NCBI RefSeq assembly: GCF_006345805.1
Contig: NC_043001.1
Coordinates: forward strand, 59,706,001-59,770,000
Reading direction: 5' to 3'
DNA: 64,000 nt
DNA from: Octopus sinensis
Taxonomy: Eukaryota
Below are positions 14,030 to 26,420 of the stretch, in pieces (positions within the stretch are counted from its first letter, which is position 1; each line of letters starts with the position of its first letter). The translations under genes and the position numbers were made by a program. The notes under the pieces were generated by a model. It ran no database searches, was not told the origin of the DNA, and was given only the letters and a program-made list of their open reading frames with translations.

Positions 14030-14397
14030 TCCTTACTTCATGCCAAGTTTGAAGAAAATATCTCTTTTCATCTTACTGTTTTGGTCTCTTAAATATACTG
14101 CTTTTTGTGGCATTATTTCAAGCCAGTCGGCTTTTTTTACGCAAACTGCACGTGCATTTTTCTCGCGTACGCCTAGTATCGATCCCAACAGCTGATGTAC
14201 TTGCGCGTACGAATGCACGTTCCCACGGCTTTATCGATCGCATTCTCACATGGAATCGATTTTTGTAATTTTTTCAAGACTTATATACGCCCTGATACCG
14301 TCGGTATCTACATATCAAATTTGAGCGCAATCGGATGGAGGATGCCCGAGATCCTGGAAGACACACACACAGACAGAACGGATTTTATATAATAGAT
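14030..14397 (+). mobile_element. Helentron/DINE-like non-autonomous element
   Basis: ...catatcaaatttgagcgcaatcggatg...acacacagacagaacggattttatataatagat 3' end, typical of the DINE-like architecture. Confidence 0.45.
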
Positions 14398-14532
14398 AAA
14401 CATGTTTGCTTGCATGCATGCATGCATGCATGCATGCATGCATGCATGTATGTATGTATGTATGTATGTATGTATGTATGTATGTATGTATGTATGTATA
14501 TATGTATGTATGTACGTATGTATGTATGTATG

Positions 14533-14725
14533 AGGCGAGCTGGCAGAATCGTCAGCATTCCGAGCAAAATACTTTGCAACATTTCTACCGAGTTCGAATT
14601 CTGCTGAGATTGACTTTGCTTTTCCTTTTCTTTTTTAGCTAAAACAAAATAAGTACCAGTTGAGTACTGGGATCAATGTAATCAACTCACCCCTCCCTTG
14701 AAATTGTTCACCTTGTGCCAAAATA
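14533..14725 (+). mobile_element. tRNA-derived SINE (OK-like), degenerate
   Basis: Head aggcgagctggcagaatcgtcagc, then gagttcgaattc and taagtaccagttgag. Confidence 0.75.
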
Positions 14726-14814
14726 TATATACACGATTGCAGCGTGGAAGGTGTTTGTAAGCCATTTAAGAAACACACAAAAGCCGTTCGATTCACTTCA
14801 ACATTTAAGTTTAA

Positions 14815-14864
14815 TTTGTCAAAATATTTTCGTCGCTAAAATCCGCGACCTGTTCACTGACAAA
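14815..14864 (-). ncRNA. Hammerhead ribozyme variant with G3-C8 core
   Basis: Minus: TTTGTCA-GTGAACA-G-GTCGC/GGATTTTA/GCGAC-GAA-AATATT-T-TGACAAA. Perfect 7-bp stem I, 5-bp stem II, palindromic stem III. Confidence 0.65.
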
Positions 14865-14889
14865 AATCCGTGTTGCATACACACACACA

Positions 14890-14942
<53 letters not shown>

Positions 14943-14993
14943 GTATGTATATATATATGTATATGCATATATATATATATATATATAATATAT

Positions 14994-15026
<33 letters not shown>

Positions 15027-15410
15027 TGCTTACTTGTTTAAGTCATTAGACTGCGGTCATGCAGGGTCATTGCCTTGAAGAATTTTTAGCTGAATGTATC
15101 GACTCCAGTACTGATTTATTTGAAGCCTGGTGCATGGTACATATTCTATCGGTTGCCTTTTGCCGAACCGCTAATTTACAAGGACATAGATACGTCAGAA
15201 CCAGTTGTTAAGTGCCGATGCTGGGACACATACACACAAACACATACATATATATATGTCATGCTTCCTTCAGTTTCTGTTTGCCGTATCCACTAACAAG
15301 GCTTTTGTCAGCCGAGGCTAAAGAGTAAGACTCCTGCCCTAGGTGCCACACAATGGGACAGAACCTGGAACCTTGTGGTTGAGAAGCAAGATTTTTACTA
15401 CACAGCCATA
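15027..15410 (-). mobile_element. CORE-type tRNA SINE (OR-like), degenerate
   Basis: Same family as 18422-18826. Confidence 0.75.
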
Positions 15411-16294
15411 TGAAATGACGTCCACAATATTGAATAAGAAGCGCCGAACTTACACACACACCCTCTCTCATTCTCGCGCAAACACAATATATATATGATA
15501 CAGTTCACTATGTACTTAGCAGTAACCATGTACTTTTTTTTCTTCATCGTTTATTCCTTGAATACAGTGAAGTTTATTCTCCGACGAAGTGATCTAATAA
15601 AACTAAACATATGGTATCTTCCCTAGAACTCAGCAAAATTATTAAAATTCTATTTTTCAATCCATGAGCAAACGCACTCTTCCTTCACAACTTATATATC
15701 GATAATTTTATTGTTGTTGTTCACTTCATTACCTGTCCCATCTTTAGCAGAACTATATATCAATATAAGCATTCTACTATTTGCATGCATATGGAGAGCA
15801 TTGTTGTATTTAGTTTAGTATATCTAGCACATCATTAAATACAGAGAAAGTATCTGAACATATGAACAGCTTGTAAATGTAAAAACCTTACTAATGACGA
15901 CATGTTGTATTCAGGTAAAGTTGTTTCGCTTCTGAAATTAATATTTGAAATGGGAATTATAGCAATTTATTTACACCGCGTCGAACAATGCTTGGAGCAA
16001 AATAAAGAGTGAATTTCTAACTAATATATATTTTTCTAAAGAAATGAATATTAATTGTTACAGAAGCTTAAAATTTGGGCTGCAGATCATATCATGGATG
16101 TAGCTCTCGGCATTCGTATTTTAATTTTGATATTTTCAAAGGAATGTAAAAGAAAATAAACATTAACGAAAATGCGAAATTATTCTGCTTTTATGAAAAT
16201 TGCTTCAGTCTTGTAATTTTTTTTTCTGAAAAAAGAAAAAATGAAATTAAAAACTAAGGGATTGTTGAAATATATTAAATTAGAATGAAATAGA

Positions 16295-16342
<48 letters not shown>

Positions 16343-16440
16343 ATCTCTCTCTCACTATATGTATGTATATATATATAATATATATATATATATACATATA
16401 CATATGTATATATGTATGAATGTATGTTTCTATGTTTGTG

Positions 16441-16472
<32 letters not shown>

Positions 16473-17385
16473 TGTATGTATGTATGTATGTATGTATGAG
16501 TAATCGGGATAAAATGAATAACTTCTAATTTCTCGTTACTTTCTCCCTACCTATTTGACATCGCTACATTGCAATTTTTGCCCAATGACTTTGTACCTTT
16601 GCATCATATTTAGGTGCAAAAAGGGTCAGAATAGTTCTTGTGATTTGTTGTTGTTGTTGAAGTTGAGAGAGTTTCAAACATAGTCGTGTTATAGATACTT
16701 CTTTTTCTAGAAATTTTTCCTCGAATTTGACTCTATTCTAACTGAGGTTGCTGATGGAATGTCCTGATAATTGTTGGTCCTTAACACTCAATATTCTTTT
16801 CTCTGTTGTTGGATTCCAAGTCAATTTTTAACCACACTAATGGCTAATTCAATATTTCAATTTTCGAAAAATGATGTCGAAAATGGGTTTAAATGAGCAG
16901 TGATTCATTTCAATAATTTCTTCTCTTTAACGCATGGTGCACAAATGTATCGGGAAAACAGCCACCGCAGTAGATCGTGAAGAAGCTTTTGAGAATATTT
17001 TATGTGGAAGTTCGATAATTTCATTTCATGTGCAATTTATCAATGATCCTCTTTCTATGATCTAGACACTTTAATGTAATTCTGGAGAACTGAAGTGGTA
17101 CATTTACTTGGGGTGCTCATTTTGCACCACACAGATTTGTCCTTTATTTGCTGAAAGGGAACTGTGATACTTTTATAAAATAGTGTTCAAAATATGTTAT
17201 AGTATTTTTAATGTATTTAGAGTAGCTCATTTGTTTAACAGATATAGTTTTATAAGGTAGTGAAAATACGCTTTTATATATAAATGCATAAATATATACA
17301 TACGTACACAAATGTAGTAAAAAATCCTCATTGTGCCTCATACTACGTACACATACGAATGCATATATTCATGTTCATATCTATC

Positions 17386-17475
<90 letters not shown>

Positions 17476-18421
17476 CATATACACAAATATATATATATAT
17501 TCACACACACACATATATATACATAAATATTCATACAAACACATATAGACGCATACATTACACGTATATACTCAGGCGTACATATACTTTTTTTATTCAT
17601 AAATGCATAAATTTATACATACGTACATAAATACATAACTATATATCAGTTTGTACAGGAAGTTCAGTCCAATTACGTCTTTGAGCCCGTCGAAACCTGT
17701 TTGTGGAAAAAGCTATAAATATCGTTTGCATCCACTGATGCATAATCAATTCATGAAGAGTTCCCAAATGACAACAATCATATTTTGTTTAATTTTATAT
17801 ATATAAAAAACAAAATATATGGGATCCAAGCAAAAACATATTCTTCACAAGTTTTACGAGATCCTAATGCCAGCGAAGCATCCAAAAAAGCTTAGAGTTA
17901 AGATGAATTGATGGAAAAAACTGAAAAGGGCGTTGTGAAAATTTTAGGTGTGAAAAAATTCAATTTCCCACATGAGCTTCCTTGACAGCGTCATTCCTAA
18001 TTGGATGGAGAAACGCTGGAAGCTATACCAATGTCTTACTGAAATATATGAAATGGATGAGAAGCTAAGCTCACATCCAAACCCTTTACCACTACCACGT
18101 GAAGAAACCACCCACAGAAAATATCGTTGATTGGTTGGTGAGATACTGAAAGAGAATATCATTATGAACATGGAGGGCTGCTTGATGACAATTTTGAATA
18201 AAAAAGTTTTGCATATATACATACATACATACATACATACATACATACATAGTGACCATGGTGGTCAGTCCGATACTCGGGCGTCTGTAATTGCTGCTTT
18301 GAAGGCAACATACCAAAAGTTGGAAAAGTTGAACAACAACATGTGGTATGATTGCATACAACTATCTCTACGTAAGTGTTCTAAACATTACATATATCGA
18401 AGCATATTTTTTTTTCTTTTT

Positions 18422-18826
18422 CTTTTTACTTGTTTCAGTCATTTTGACTGCGGCCATGCTGGAGCACCGCCTTTAATCGAGCTACTCGACCCCGGGATTT
18501 ATTCTTTGTAAGCCCAGTACTTATTCTATCGGCCTCTTTTGCCGAACCGCTAGGTGACGGGGACATAAACACACCAGCATCGGTGGTCAAGCAATGCTAG
18601 GGGGACAAACACATACACACAAACATATACACGCACATACATATATATATATATACATATACGACGGGCTTCTTTCAGTTTCCGTCTACCAAATCCACTC
18701 ACAAGGCTTTGGTCGGCCCGAGGCTATGGTAGAAGACACTTGCCCAAGGTGCCACGAGTGGGACTGAACCCGGAACCATGTGGTTTATAAACAAGCTACT
18801 TACCACACAGCCACTCCTGCGCCTAT
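18422..18826 (-). mobile_element. CORE-type tRNA SINE (OR-like)
   Basis: Minus head ggcgcaggagtggctgtgtggtaag...ggttccgggttcagtccc and CORE-like ggcaccttgggcaagtgtctt. Confidence 0.85.
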
Positions 18827-18922
18827 GGTTGGTGAGATGAATTGATGGAAAAAACTGAAAAGGGCGTTGTGAAAATTTTAGGTGTGAAAAAATTTATATA
18901 TCTATATAAATTCATATATCTA

Positions 18923-20212
18923 CGAGGGGCGTTCAATAAGTAATGCCCCTGACCCACTTCCCATAGCAGTAGAGCAACGAAACTTGGCACAGTTATTAGT
19001 CTTTTTCTACATACGAATCACCCAGAGTTACGAATTTCTCCCATCGTTTGATGCGGCTCTGGAGACCGTTTTTGTAGAAGAACCCAGCTTGGTCCTCCAA
19101 CCTCAACGTGACTTCAGAAATCAAGGCTGCATCATCTGGGAAACGCGTTCCTTTCAAAAACAACTTCATGATTGGGAAGAGGTGAAAATCAGAGGGTGCA
19201 AGGTCAGGAAAGTAGGGGGGATGGGGAGGAGTTCATAGCCATACGCCTGTGCTTCTGATCTGGCGACAAGCGAGTTGTGGACCGGAGCGTTGTCCTGCAG
19301 GAGGAGGATGCCTTTTGATGATCTTGCCCCGCCTCTTGATTTTGATAGCTTGTCTTAATTTCCTCAAAGTGAAGCATAATAGGCTCCTGCAATTGTGGTA
19401 CCCTTTGCCAGGAAATCCGTCATCACTACTCCGTCCTGGTCCCAGAAGACTGTGAGCATGACCTTGCCAGCGGAGAGCTGCACCCTTGCCTTCTTTGGAG
19501 GGGGTGAGTCACGGCGCTTCCACTGCATTGACTGGGCTTTGGTCTCTGGATCATCGTGATGGACCCAGGTTTCATCCTGTGTAATCAGTCTTTTGAAAAA
19601 TGTTGACTCATCTTCTTGGCACATCTCCAAATTCACCCTCGAGCACTCGACGCGTTCTTGCTTCTGGAAAGGCGTGAGCAACCTGGGAATCCATCTGTCA
19701 GACACCTTTTGCATATGCAAATGGTCATGAATGATAGTTTCCACACCACGGTACTAATCTTGACCACATGGGCTATTTGGCGAATAATTATGCGTCGATC
19801 TTCCAAAATGGCAGCCTCAACTTGACGGACAGATGCCTCATCAATGGCAGAAGGGGGCGACCAGATCTAGGAGCTGTTTCCACAGAGTTCCGACCATGTT
19901 TGAATTCACGATGCCAGCGTTTTACAAGGTCATATGATGGGGCATCATCACCGTAAGTTACTTTCATTTCATCAAAAGTCTCCCGTGGTGTGCGTCCTTT
20001 CAAATACAAAAACCGGATCACTGCTCGACACTCAACAGGCTCCATTTCACACTTGACTCGGTTCAAACACCTGTAAATCAGACACCACAATTAATTCAGA
20101 GCTGTAATTTGCCGCTTACTCTATAGAGATATAAATAATTGCACATGCAAAATTTCAGCTAGATCAAACAACTGCAAGTGGGTCAGAGGCATTACTTATT
20201 GAACGTCCCTCG
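18923..20212 (-). mobile_element. Full-length mariner (1290 bp)
   Basis: 37-bp TIRs with 2 mismatches (cgaggggcgttcaataagtaatgcccctgacccactt) and TA at both ends (18921-22, 20213-14). Confidence 0.95.
18996..20045 (-). pseudogene. Mariner DD34D transposase, frameshifted
   Basis: MEPVECRAVIRFL, RWIPRLL, ITQDETWVHH, LLQDNA, PDLAPSDFHLF. Split over three ORFs. Confidence 0.9.
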
Positions 20213-20619
20213 TATATAAACGATACTTATGTCCTAATAAATTTATATACACACGGAGCCGTAGTTTTTCACACCTAAAAGAATAAACCAAATAACATTT
20301 CAAAACAATTTTAGAATTAAAGACAAATTCAAAGGAAAGATCATTGTCTATTTCGAAAAACAAATATACGCGAATAGACGAAATCTTCATGGTTAAACGC
20401 GTAACTCTCCTTCGACCAAATCGGAAGATCAATCATTGCATACAATGGAGCTACGAGCTTAATATTTATATGAAGTATATATTCAATCTGATCTTCAAAG
20501 TTCCGTTTTATGCGAAGGTTAAAACATTTCTGAGACTCCAAACACACAGAATTAGATTTTTACGGAAAGCATTTAAAATTTCGTCGAACAAGCAAAACGT
20601 ATCGTTAGATGTAAATTGA

Positions 20620-21030
20620 TACATCTATGAAACATTGACTCAAAGCAGGCTGACACTATAATGCAAGCCACTGAAAATAACTATCCCACTTCCACTAATA
20701 GACAGTTAAATCTAGCAGTAAAGAAAGACACTAAATCCATACCTATACTGTACAAACAGAAGCACACAAAAACTTGTGGACGCCTAACAAGTAATTTGGG
20801 ATTATATGTTTAGCAGGTCCACAAGCTTAATTTAAATAGATCATCAAGGTGGATCATCAAAGCTTAACGGTTAGCCAAAGTCCTACAACAGTAGTAAGTG
20901 CTATTGAACGCCCGACCAACTATATTACACCACTTTGCTCCTTAAGAGTGATAAGGAAAAACTTGAGTCTTAACAGCATTCACTATCAAAAAAGGCATCT
21001 TTCAGGGAGATAGCCTGTCAGGGTGTCTGA
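20620..21030 (+). mobile_element. R4/Dong-like RT fragment, highly decayed
   Basis: KKGIFQGDSLS encoded at about 20990-21020. Confidence 0.55.
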
Positions 21031-21376
21031 TTTCCACAAAAGAACATATCTTTGCTTTGTGGTCCCACAAAGCAATATCAGTTTGTAGAGGAAGTTCAGT
21101 CCAATTCCGTCTTTGAGCCCGTCGAAGCATGTTTGTGAAAAAAGCTATATATATATATATATATATATATAATGTCAGCAAAAGTGTACGTAATCCGCAA
21201 TATGTATATATATAAAAAAAATGGAGCAAATACGCAATACAAGACAATAAAATATCCGGACGGATACACGATACTAAGGCTGACAGGAAAAACAATTAGA
21301 GGGACAGGGGAAAAAAGACTGGTCGTTCTTTAATTCATTATATTATTACTTTACCCACGTATAATATACCCATCAT

Positions 21377-21413
<37 letters not shown>

Positions 21414-21447
21414 GAGTATTATAAATATTATTATTATTATTATTATT

Positions 21448-24400
21448 CAGTAGTTTTATTTATTTTTATAGCGTGCTTTCACTTCACTACCGAGCGCAGC
21501 TCTGTGTGCCTTGGATATGTGCTGTGATTTGTTGTGATGCTCTGATGGTTATTGTATTGAAAGTGTTCTGCGTAGGATGTGTGCAGTGCCCAGTAGTGCA
21601 ATTTCTGTATGCTATACGTGTTTGTAAGTCCTGGTGTTTTTGTTATGTATTTGTCTGAATATTTTTTTATCATGCCTAATGCACTTACTATGATAGGAAT
21701 TGTTCCTGTTTTTAGATACCACATTCTGGTTACCTCTATTTCCAGGTCTTTGTATTTTGAAAGTTTCTCCATTTCTTTTAGAGAACCGTTGTAATCTCCT
21801 GGTATTGATACATCAATTAGAAAGCATTTTTCCTTCATGATCTCTGACAACTATATCTGATCTGTTGGCCTTAATTTCTCTATCTGTGGGTATCGGCATA
21901 TCCCAGAGTATGGTTGCTTTCTCATTTTCTGTGACGTTTTCTGGTGTGTGCCTATACCATCTTTTTTCTGTTGTTATTCCATAATGTTGGCGTAGCTTCC
22001 AGTGTATATAGGTCCCAACTCTGTCGTATCTGTGAATATATTCATTCTTAGCCAGGCCTGGGCAGCCAGAGATAATATGATTTGTTGTTTTTTGTCCATC
22101 TCCACATATTCTGCAGTTACTTGTTATATTTCTTTTCATTACATGTTTTTGGTAATTTCTGGTGGGGAGGCTTTGGTCTTGTACTGCAATTAAAAATCCC
22201 TCTGTCTCTGCTTTGAGTCCAGAGCTTCTCAACTATTGCTAGGATTTTTCTTTGTCTATTTCTTTTGCATTTAGTTTAATCCAGTATTTGCCATGAAGGG
22301 GCTTTTCTTGCCATCGTTGTATCATGGTTCGTTGCTGTTCTAGTTTTAGTTTGGATTTCATTTGTTTTATAGCTTTTTTTGTTTCTTTATCTTTTTCTTT
22401 TCTTCTTCTTCTTCTTCATATTTGTTAGGTTGTATGATTTCTTATTTGTATTTTCAGCTTCCTTAAATACTGAGAACAGTTTTTTGTTTTGCTCGTGTTT
22501 TGCCGCTATTTGTATCAGTTTTCCTTCCTTCTGAAGTAGATATTTTTGCAGTCCTATGGTGGTTATTTTATAGTAGTTTTCCAGCTGTATAAGGCCTCTA
22601 CCACCTTCTATACGTTGTATATATAGCCTTTCTATGTCAGATTTTGGGTGATGCATTTTAGATCCTGTCATTATTTTTCTTGTTTTCCTATCTATTTTGG
22701 TCAGCTCATTTAGTGTCCAGTTAAGGATATTGTAGCTGTAACTTATAACTGGGACGGCTAAAGTGTTAATACCTATTATCTTGTTTTGAGCATTGAGCTC
22801 TGTTTTTAGTATTGATCTAACTCGTCTATAATATTCTTTCTTTATTTTCTCTTTCATTTGTGTGTGTTGTGTCTTATCTAGTTCATGGATTCCTAAGTAT
22901 TTGTAAGTTTGGCTTTGGTCTAATTCTTTTATTTCATTGGTTTTATCTAGTGTGATGTTGCTACTCTTAACTAGTTTTCCTCTTTTCATGGTTACTTTGG
23001 CGCATTTTTCTAATCCAAATTTCATATCTATTTCTTTGGTAAATCCATGAACTGTCTTTAATAGTGTTTCCAGCTGTTTGTCATTTGCAGCGTATAGTTT
23101 TAGGTCATCCATATATAAAAGGTGGCTGATCGTTTTGCCGTAACATTTATATCCGCATCCAGTTCTATTTAGCATATCAGATAGAGGTGACAGTGCCAAG
23201 CAGAAAAGGAGTGGAGAGAGCGTGTCTCCCTGGAATATTCCTCTTCTAATGGGGATGTCTTTGGTTTTCATGAGTCCCTCTTTTGTTTGGAGGTGTAGGA
23301 CTGTTTGCCATTTATCCATAGAGTGCTCTATGAATTTTATGATTGTTGGTGCTACTTTGTTAATGGCTAGTGTTTCGAGGATCCATGTGTGGGGGATGCT
23401 ATCAAACGCCTTTTTGTAGTCAATCCAGGCCATACTGAGGCCTTTCTTCTTTCTGTGGCTGTCTTCAGTTACGGCTTTATTAATCATTAGTTGATCTTTA
23501 CAGCCATATGAGCCCTTGCGGCATCCTTTCTGCTCTTCTGGGAACAGTTTGTTTTCGTCCAGGTGCTTGTTCAGCCTTTGCGATATCACTGCAGTAAATG
23601 CCTTGAACATAGTAGGGAGGCAGGTTATTGGTCTGTAGTTTTCTGGTTTTGTTGTTTCATTTGATTTGGGAATTAAGATGGTTTTCCCCTTCGTGAGCCA
23701 TTCAGGCATTGTCTCTGGCTCTGCCAGTATGCTGTTAAAGTTTTCAGCCAGCTTTTTGTGCATTCCTGTTAGATATTTCAACCAGAAATTGGGGATCTTG
23801 TCATGCCCAGGTGCCTTCCAGTTGCTTAGTTTTTGCAGTGCCTGGGTGACCTCTTCAGTTGTTATGGGGGTCCAAAGTTGTTCAGATGCCGAGTTTGTTA
23901 TTTTCATACTCCTTTTTTTTGGCTGTTCGTTCGCTGACCATATTTCTTTCCAGAATTCTTCCAATTCTTCTGCCGTTGGTGCTGCAGTGACTTCTATTTT
24001 ATTTTTGCCCATTTCTTGGTAGAACTTTTTGGAGTCGAAGTTGAACTTTTTGTTCTGTTCAAAGAAGCGTTGGCGTTTCTCGTACCGGCGGATCCTTTGA
24101 GCTTTGGCAAGGATATCTTGCTTCAGTTTTTCTTTTATCTCCGGCAAATCTTTTTCTGTGGTGTTATATTTGCGGAGCATTTTTGTTCTCTTTTTGTTGC
24201 TCAGTAGCGTTGTTTGTTTGCTGATTTCATTAAGAATCGACAGGTCTTTTCTAATTTTTTTAATTTTGTTTTGGATGTTATTTATCCACAGGGTTTGTTT
24301 GGGTGGTGGTACTCCTGTTTGGGCGGGTTTGGGTGAGTATCCAGCTTCTTTTGTGGCTGCAGTGGCTGCTGCGTATATCAAGTCATTTAGTTCAGTGATA

Positions 24401-24700
24401 TCACTTTTTTTTGTTTCAGTGGCTAGTTCAGTGACGGCTAGGTTTATGTTGTTTATAATTGGTGTTGTTATTGCGTTTATTTTTATTCTTGGGAGGTATG
24501 GTCGGTGGTCCATTTTGAGCTCTGTGGTTTTTAGTTCTTTGATTATTTTATTTTTTATATCATCATAATCATTAGGCTCCCCTTCGTTGTTTACATCGTG
24601 TTTGTTGGGAATGTTGCGTTTGTCTTCGTGTTTTACAGTTTCAGTGTTTATATTATTGGGCATTGTTGTGTGGCTTCTATCTACATTTTCCTGGTGTATT
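21448..24700 (-). mobile_element. R4/Dong-clade non-LTR retrotransposon (5'-truncated, young) in (TAA)n
   Basis: RT ORF, CCHC (CRICG..HIISGC..YDRV) and restriction-like endonuclease (RSDIVV..LIDVSIP..KYKDL). (TTA)n arrays on both sides. Confidence 0.92.
22387..24663 (-). CDS. Reverse transcriptase ORF of R4/Dong-type LINE (758 aa; C-terminal domains lost by frameshift)
   Basis: NWKAPGHD, NYRPITCL, EQKGC, DYKKAFDSIPH, GIFQGDTLSPLLF, LYMDDLKLY, FGLEKC, YKYLGI. Confidence 0.9.
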   Translation of the reverse strand: MPNNINTETVKHEDKRNIPNKHDVNNEGEPNDYDDIKNKIIKELKTTELKMDHRPYLPRIKINAITTPIINNINLAVTELATETKKSDITELNDLIYAAATAATKEAGYSPKPAQTGVPPPKQTLWINNIQNKIKKIRKDLSILNEISKQTTLLSNKKRTKMLRKYNTTEKDLPEIKEKLKQDILAKAQRIRRYEKRQRFFEQNKKFNFDSKKFYQEMGKNKIEVTAAPTAEELEEFWKEIWSANEQPKKRSMKITNSASEQLWTPITTEEVTQALQKLSNWKAPGHDKIPNFWLKYLTGMHKKLAENFNSILAEPETMPEWLTKGKTILIPKSNETTKPENYRPITCLPTMFKAFTAVISQRLNKHLDENKLFPEEQKGCRKGSYGCKDQLMINKAVTEDSHRKKKGLSMAWIDYKKAFDSIPHTWILETLAINKVAPTIIKFIEHSMDKWQTVLHLQTKEGLMKTKDIPIRRGIFQGDTLSPLLFCLALSPLSDMLNRTGCGYKCYGKTISHLLYMDDLKLYAANDKQLETLLKTVHGFTKEIDMKFGLEKCAKVTMKRGKLVKSSNITLDKTNEIKELDQSQTYKYLGIHELDKTQHTQMKEKIKKEYYRRVRSILKTELNAQNKIIGINTLAVPVISYSYNILNWTLNELTKIDRKTRKIMTGSKMHHPKSDIERLYIQRIEGGRGLIQLENYYKITTIGLQKYLLQKEGKLIQIAAKHEQNKKLFSVFKEAENTNKKSYNLTNMKKKKKKRKR

Positions 24701-24750
24701 TAAAAAAATTTTTTTTTTTATATTTTATATTTTATATTTTATATTTTATA

Positions 24751-24790
<40 letters not shown>

Positions 24791-24801
24791 TATTATTATT
24801 A

Positions 24802-25745
24802 CCATGAAAGACTCTCGGATAGTTCTTAATTACCGGTTATTCTTTATTTGAAATCAGGCAACAACAAATTACTAAAGACTTCAAATAGTGTCTTCTCCTG
24901 TGACTCAGAGACAATACTCTCCTTAGAATGCGAGCTGTACCCGTATAACCTGAAGCCTGACAGCTGCTCTAATATTCTTAATATGTTTTTCAAAACCCTT
25001 GGAAACTCTTCTTAATGCTTCAATTACCACCGGTATCACCATTACTTTCCTCATGCCCTATAACTTACCTATCTCGTCCCGCAGTGGCTGGTATTACTCA
25101 ATCATTTCTGTTTCCTTACATTTCCCCCTCGAATCGCCTGGCATTGCAGCATGTAAAATTCTACCCGACCTCTTTTTTCTTCCCAAATATAAAATATAAA
25201 AGCTCTACTTTGTATTTTGTCCCCTCTGTGTTCAGCTCTGTGTGGCCAATAAAGAAACATATCTTTACTTCTTTTTCATCTTTATGGATGAACCCGATAA
25301 CTGGTCGTCTCGTCTCTATGACAAGGTCTCACTGTATGTTAAAATCCTGGAGTATATTGTAATGTTCGTTTTCTATTACTCCCTCTGGCTTTTGAGCACA
25401 CCATTGTTCGGCTCTCTCGAGGTTTGCTTTACAGTACAGCAGCCAGTGGACATATCTGGCCACATTGTCGTGTCTCCTTTTATATTCGCGTTGAGCGAGC
25501 ACACTGCAATAACAATATGGCTTATACTTTCTTCTTTCTCAGAGCACATCCTACACTGTGGAGAGTCAGTGCTTTTATCAATGTGATATTTGGAATAGTT
25601 TATTCTAAGAGCTTCTTCTTGAGCACTGCGCACTAATGCCTCAGTGGCCCCTTTTAAATTTCGTTTCTGCAGCCATTGACAAGTTCTGTTCCAATCAATC
25701 TCATCTTTATTCTTCAAGAACTGACTGTGCATTTTCTTGTCCTGT
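24802..25745 (-). mobile_element. R4/Dong-type 3' fragment, second subfamily
   Basis: LKGATEALVRSAQEEAL..CRMCSEKEESISHIV and decayed REL endonuclease. The 3' end abuts (TAA)n. Confidence 0.8.
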
Positions 25746-25814
25746 TAAATTTTCTCCATCTGCTCTCTCTGGTCTTTCTTAAATTGTATTGCATATACGG
25801 CTCCGTTCACTTTT

Positions 25815-26420
25815 AATGCATGTATGTATGCATGTATGTATGTATGTATGTATGTATGTATGTATGTATGTATGTATGTATATATGTATGTATGTGTGTG
25901 TGTTTGTGTGTATAACTCTGTTTCCTTGTGTGTGCGCCTGTTGTATATGCGTGTATGACTATGTGTCTTTGTGTGTGTATATAGATGTATGTGGAGTGTG
26001 TGTGTATATACGGTCATTTGTTTCTATCTCCTTATGTGTATGTACTTCACTGTCCGTATTACCTACCTACCTACATACATACATACCTACATACATACCT
26101 GCCCGCCTACCTACCTACTTATCAATATATTGTCTACCTACCTATAAATACTTACCTACCTATCTACATACCTACCTGCCTGCCTACCTACCTACCTACC
26201 TACCTACCTACCTACCTACCTACCTACCTACATACATACATATCTACCTGCCTACGTACCTACCTACGTATGTACCTACCTACCTACTTGCCAACCTACC
26301 TACTTACCAACCTACCTACCTACCTACCTTTCCTACCTACCTTTCCTACCTACCTTTCCTACCTACCTACCTACCTACCTACCTACCTACCTACCTACCT
26401 ACCTACCTACCTACCTATTT
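25815..26420. repeat. (TATG)n and (CCTA)n microsatellite block
   Basis: Visible. Confidence 0.9.
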
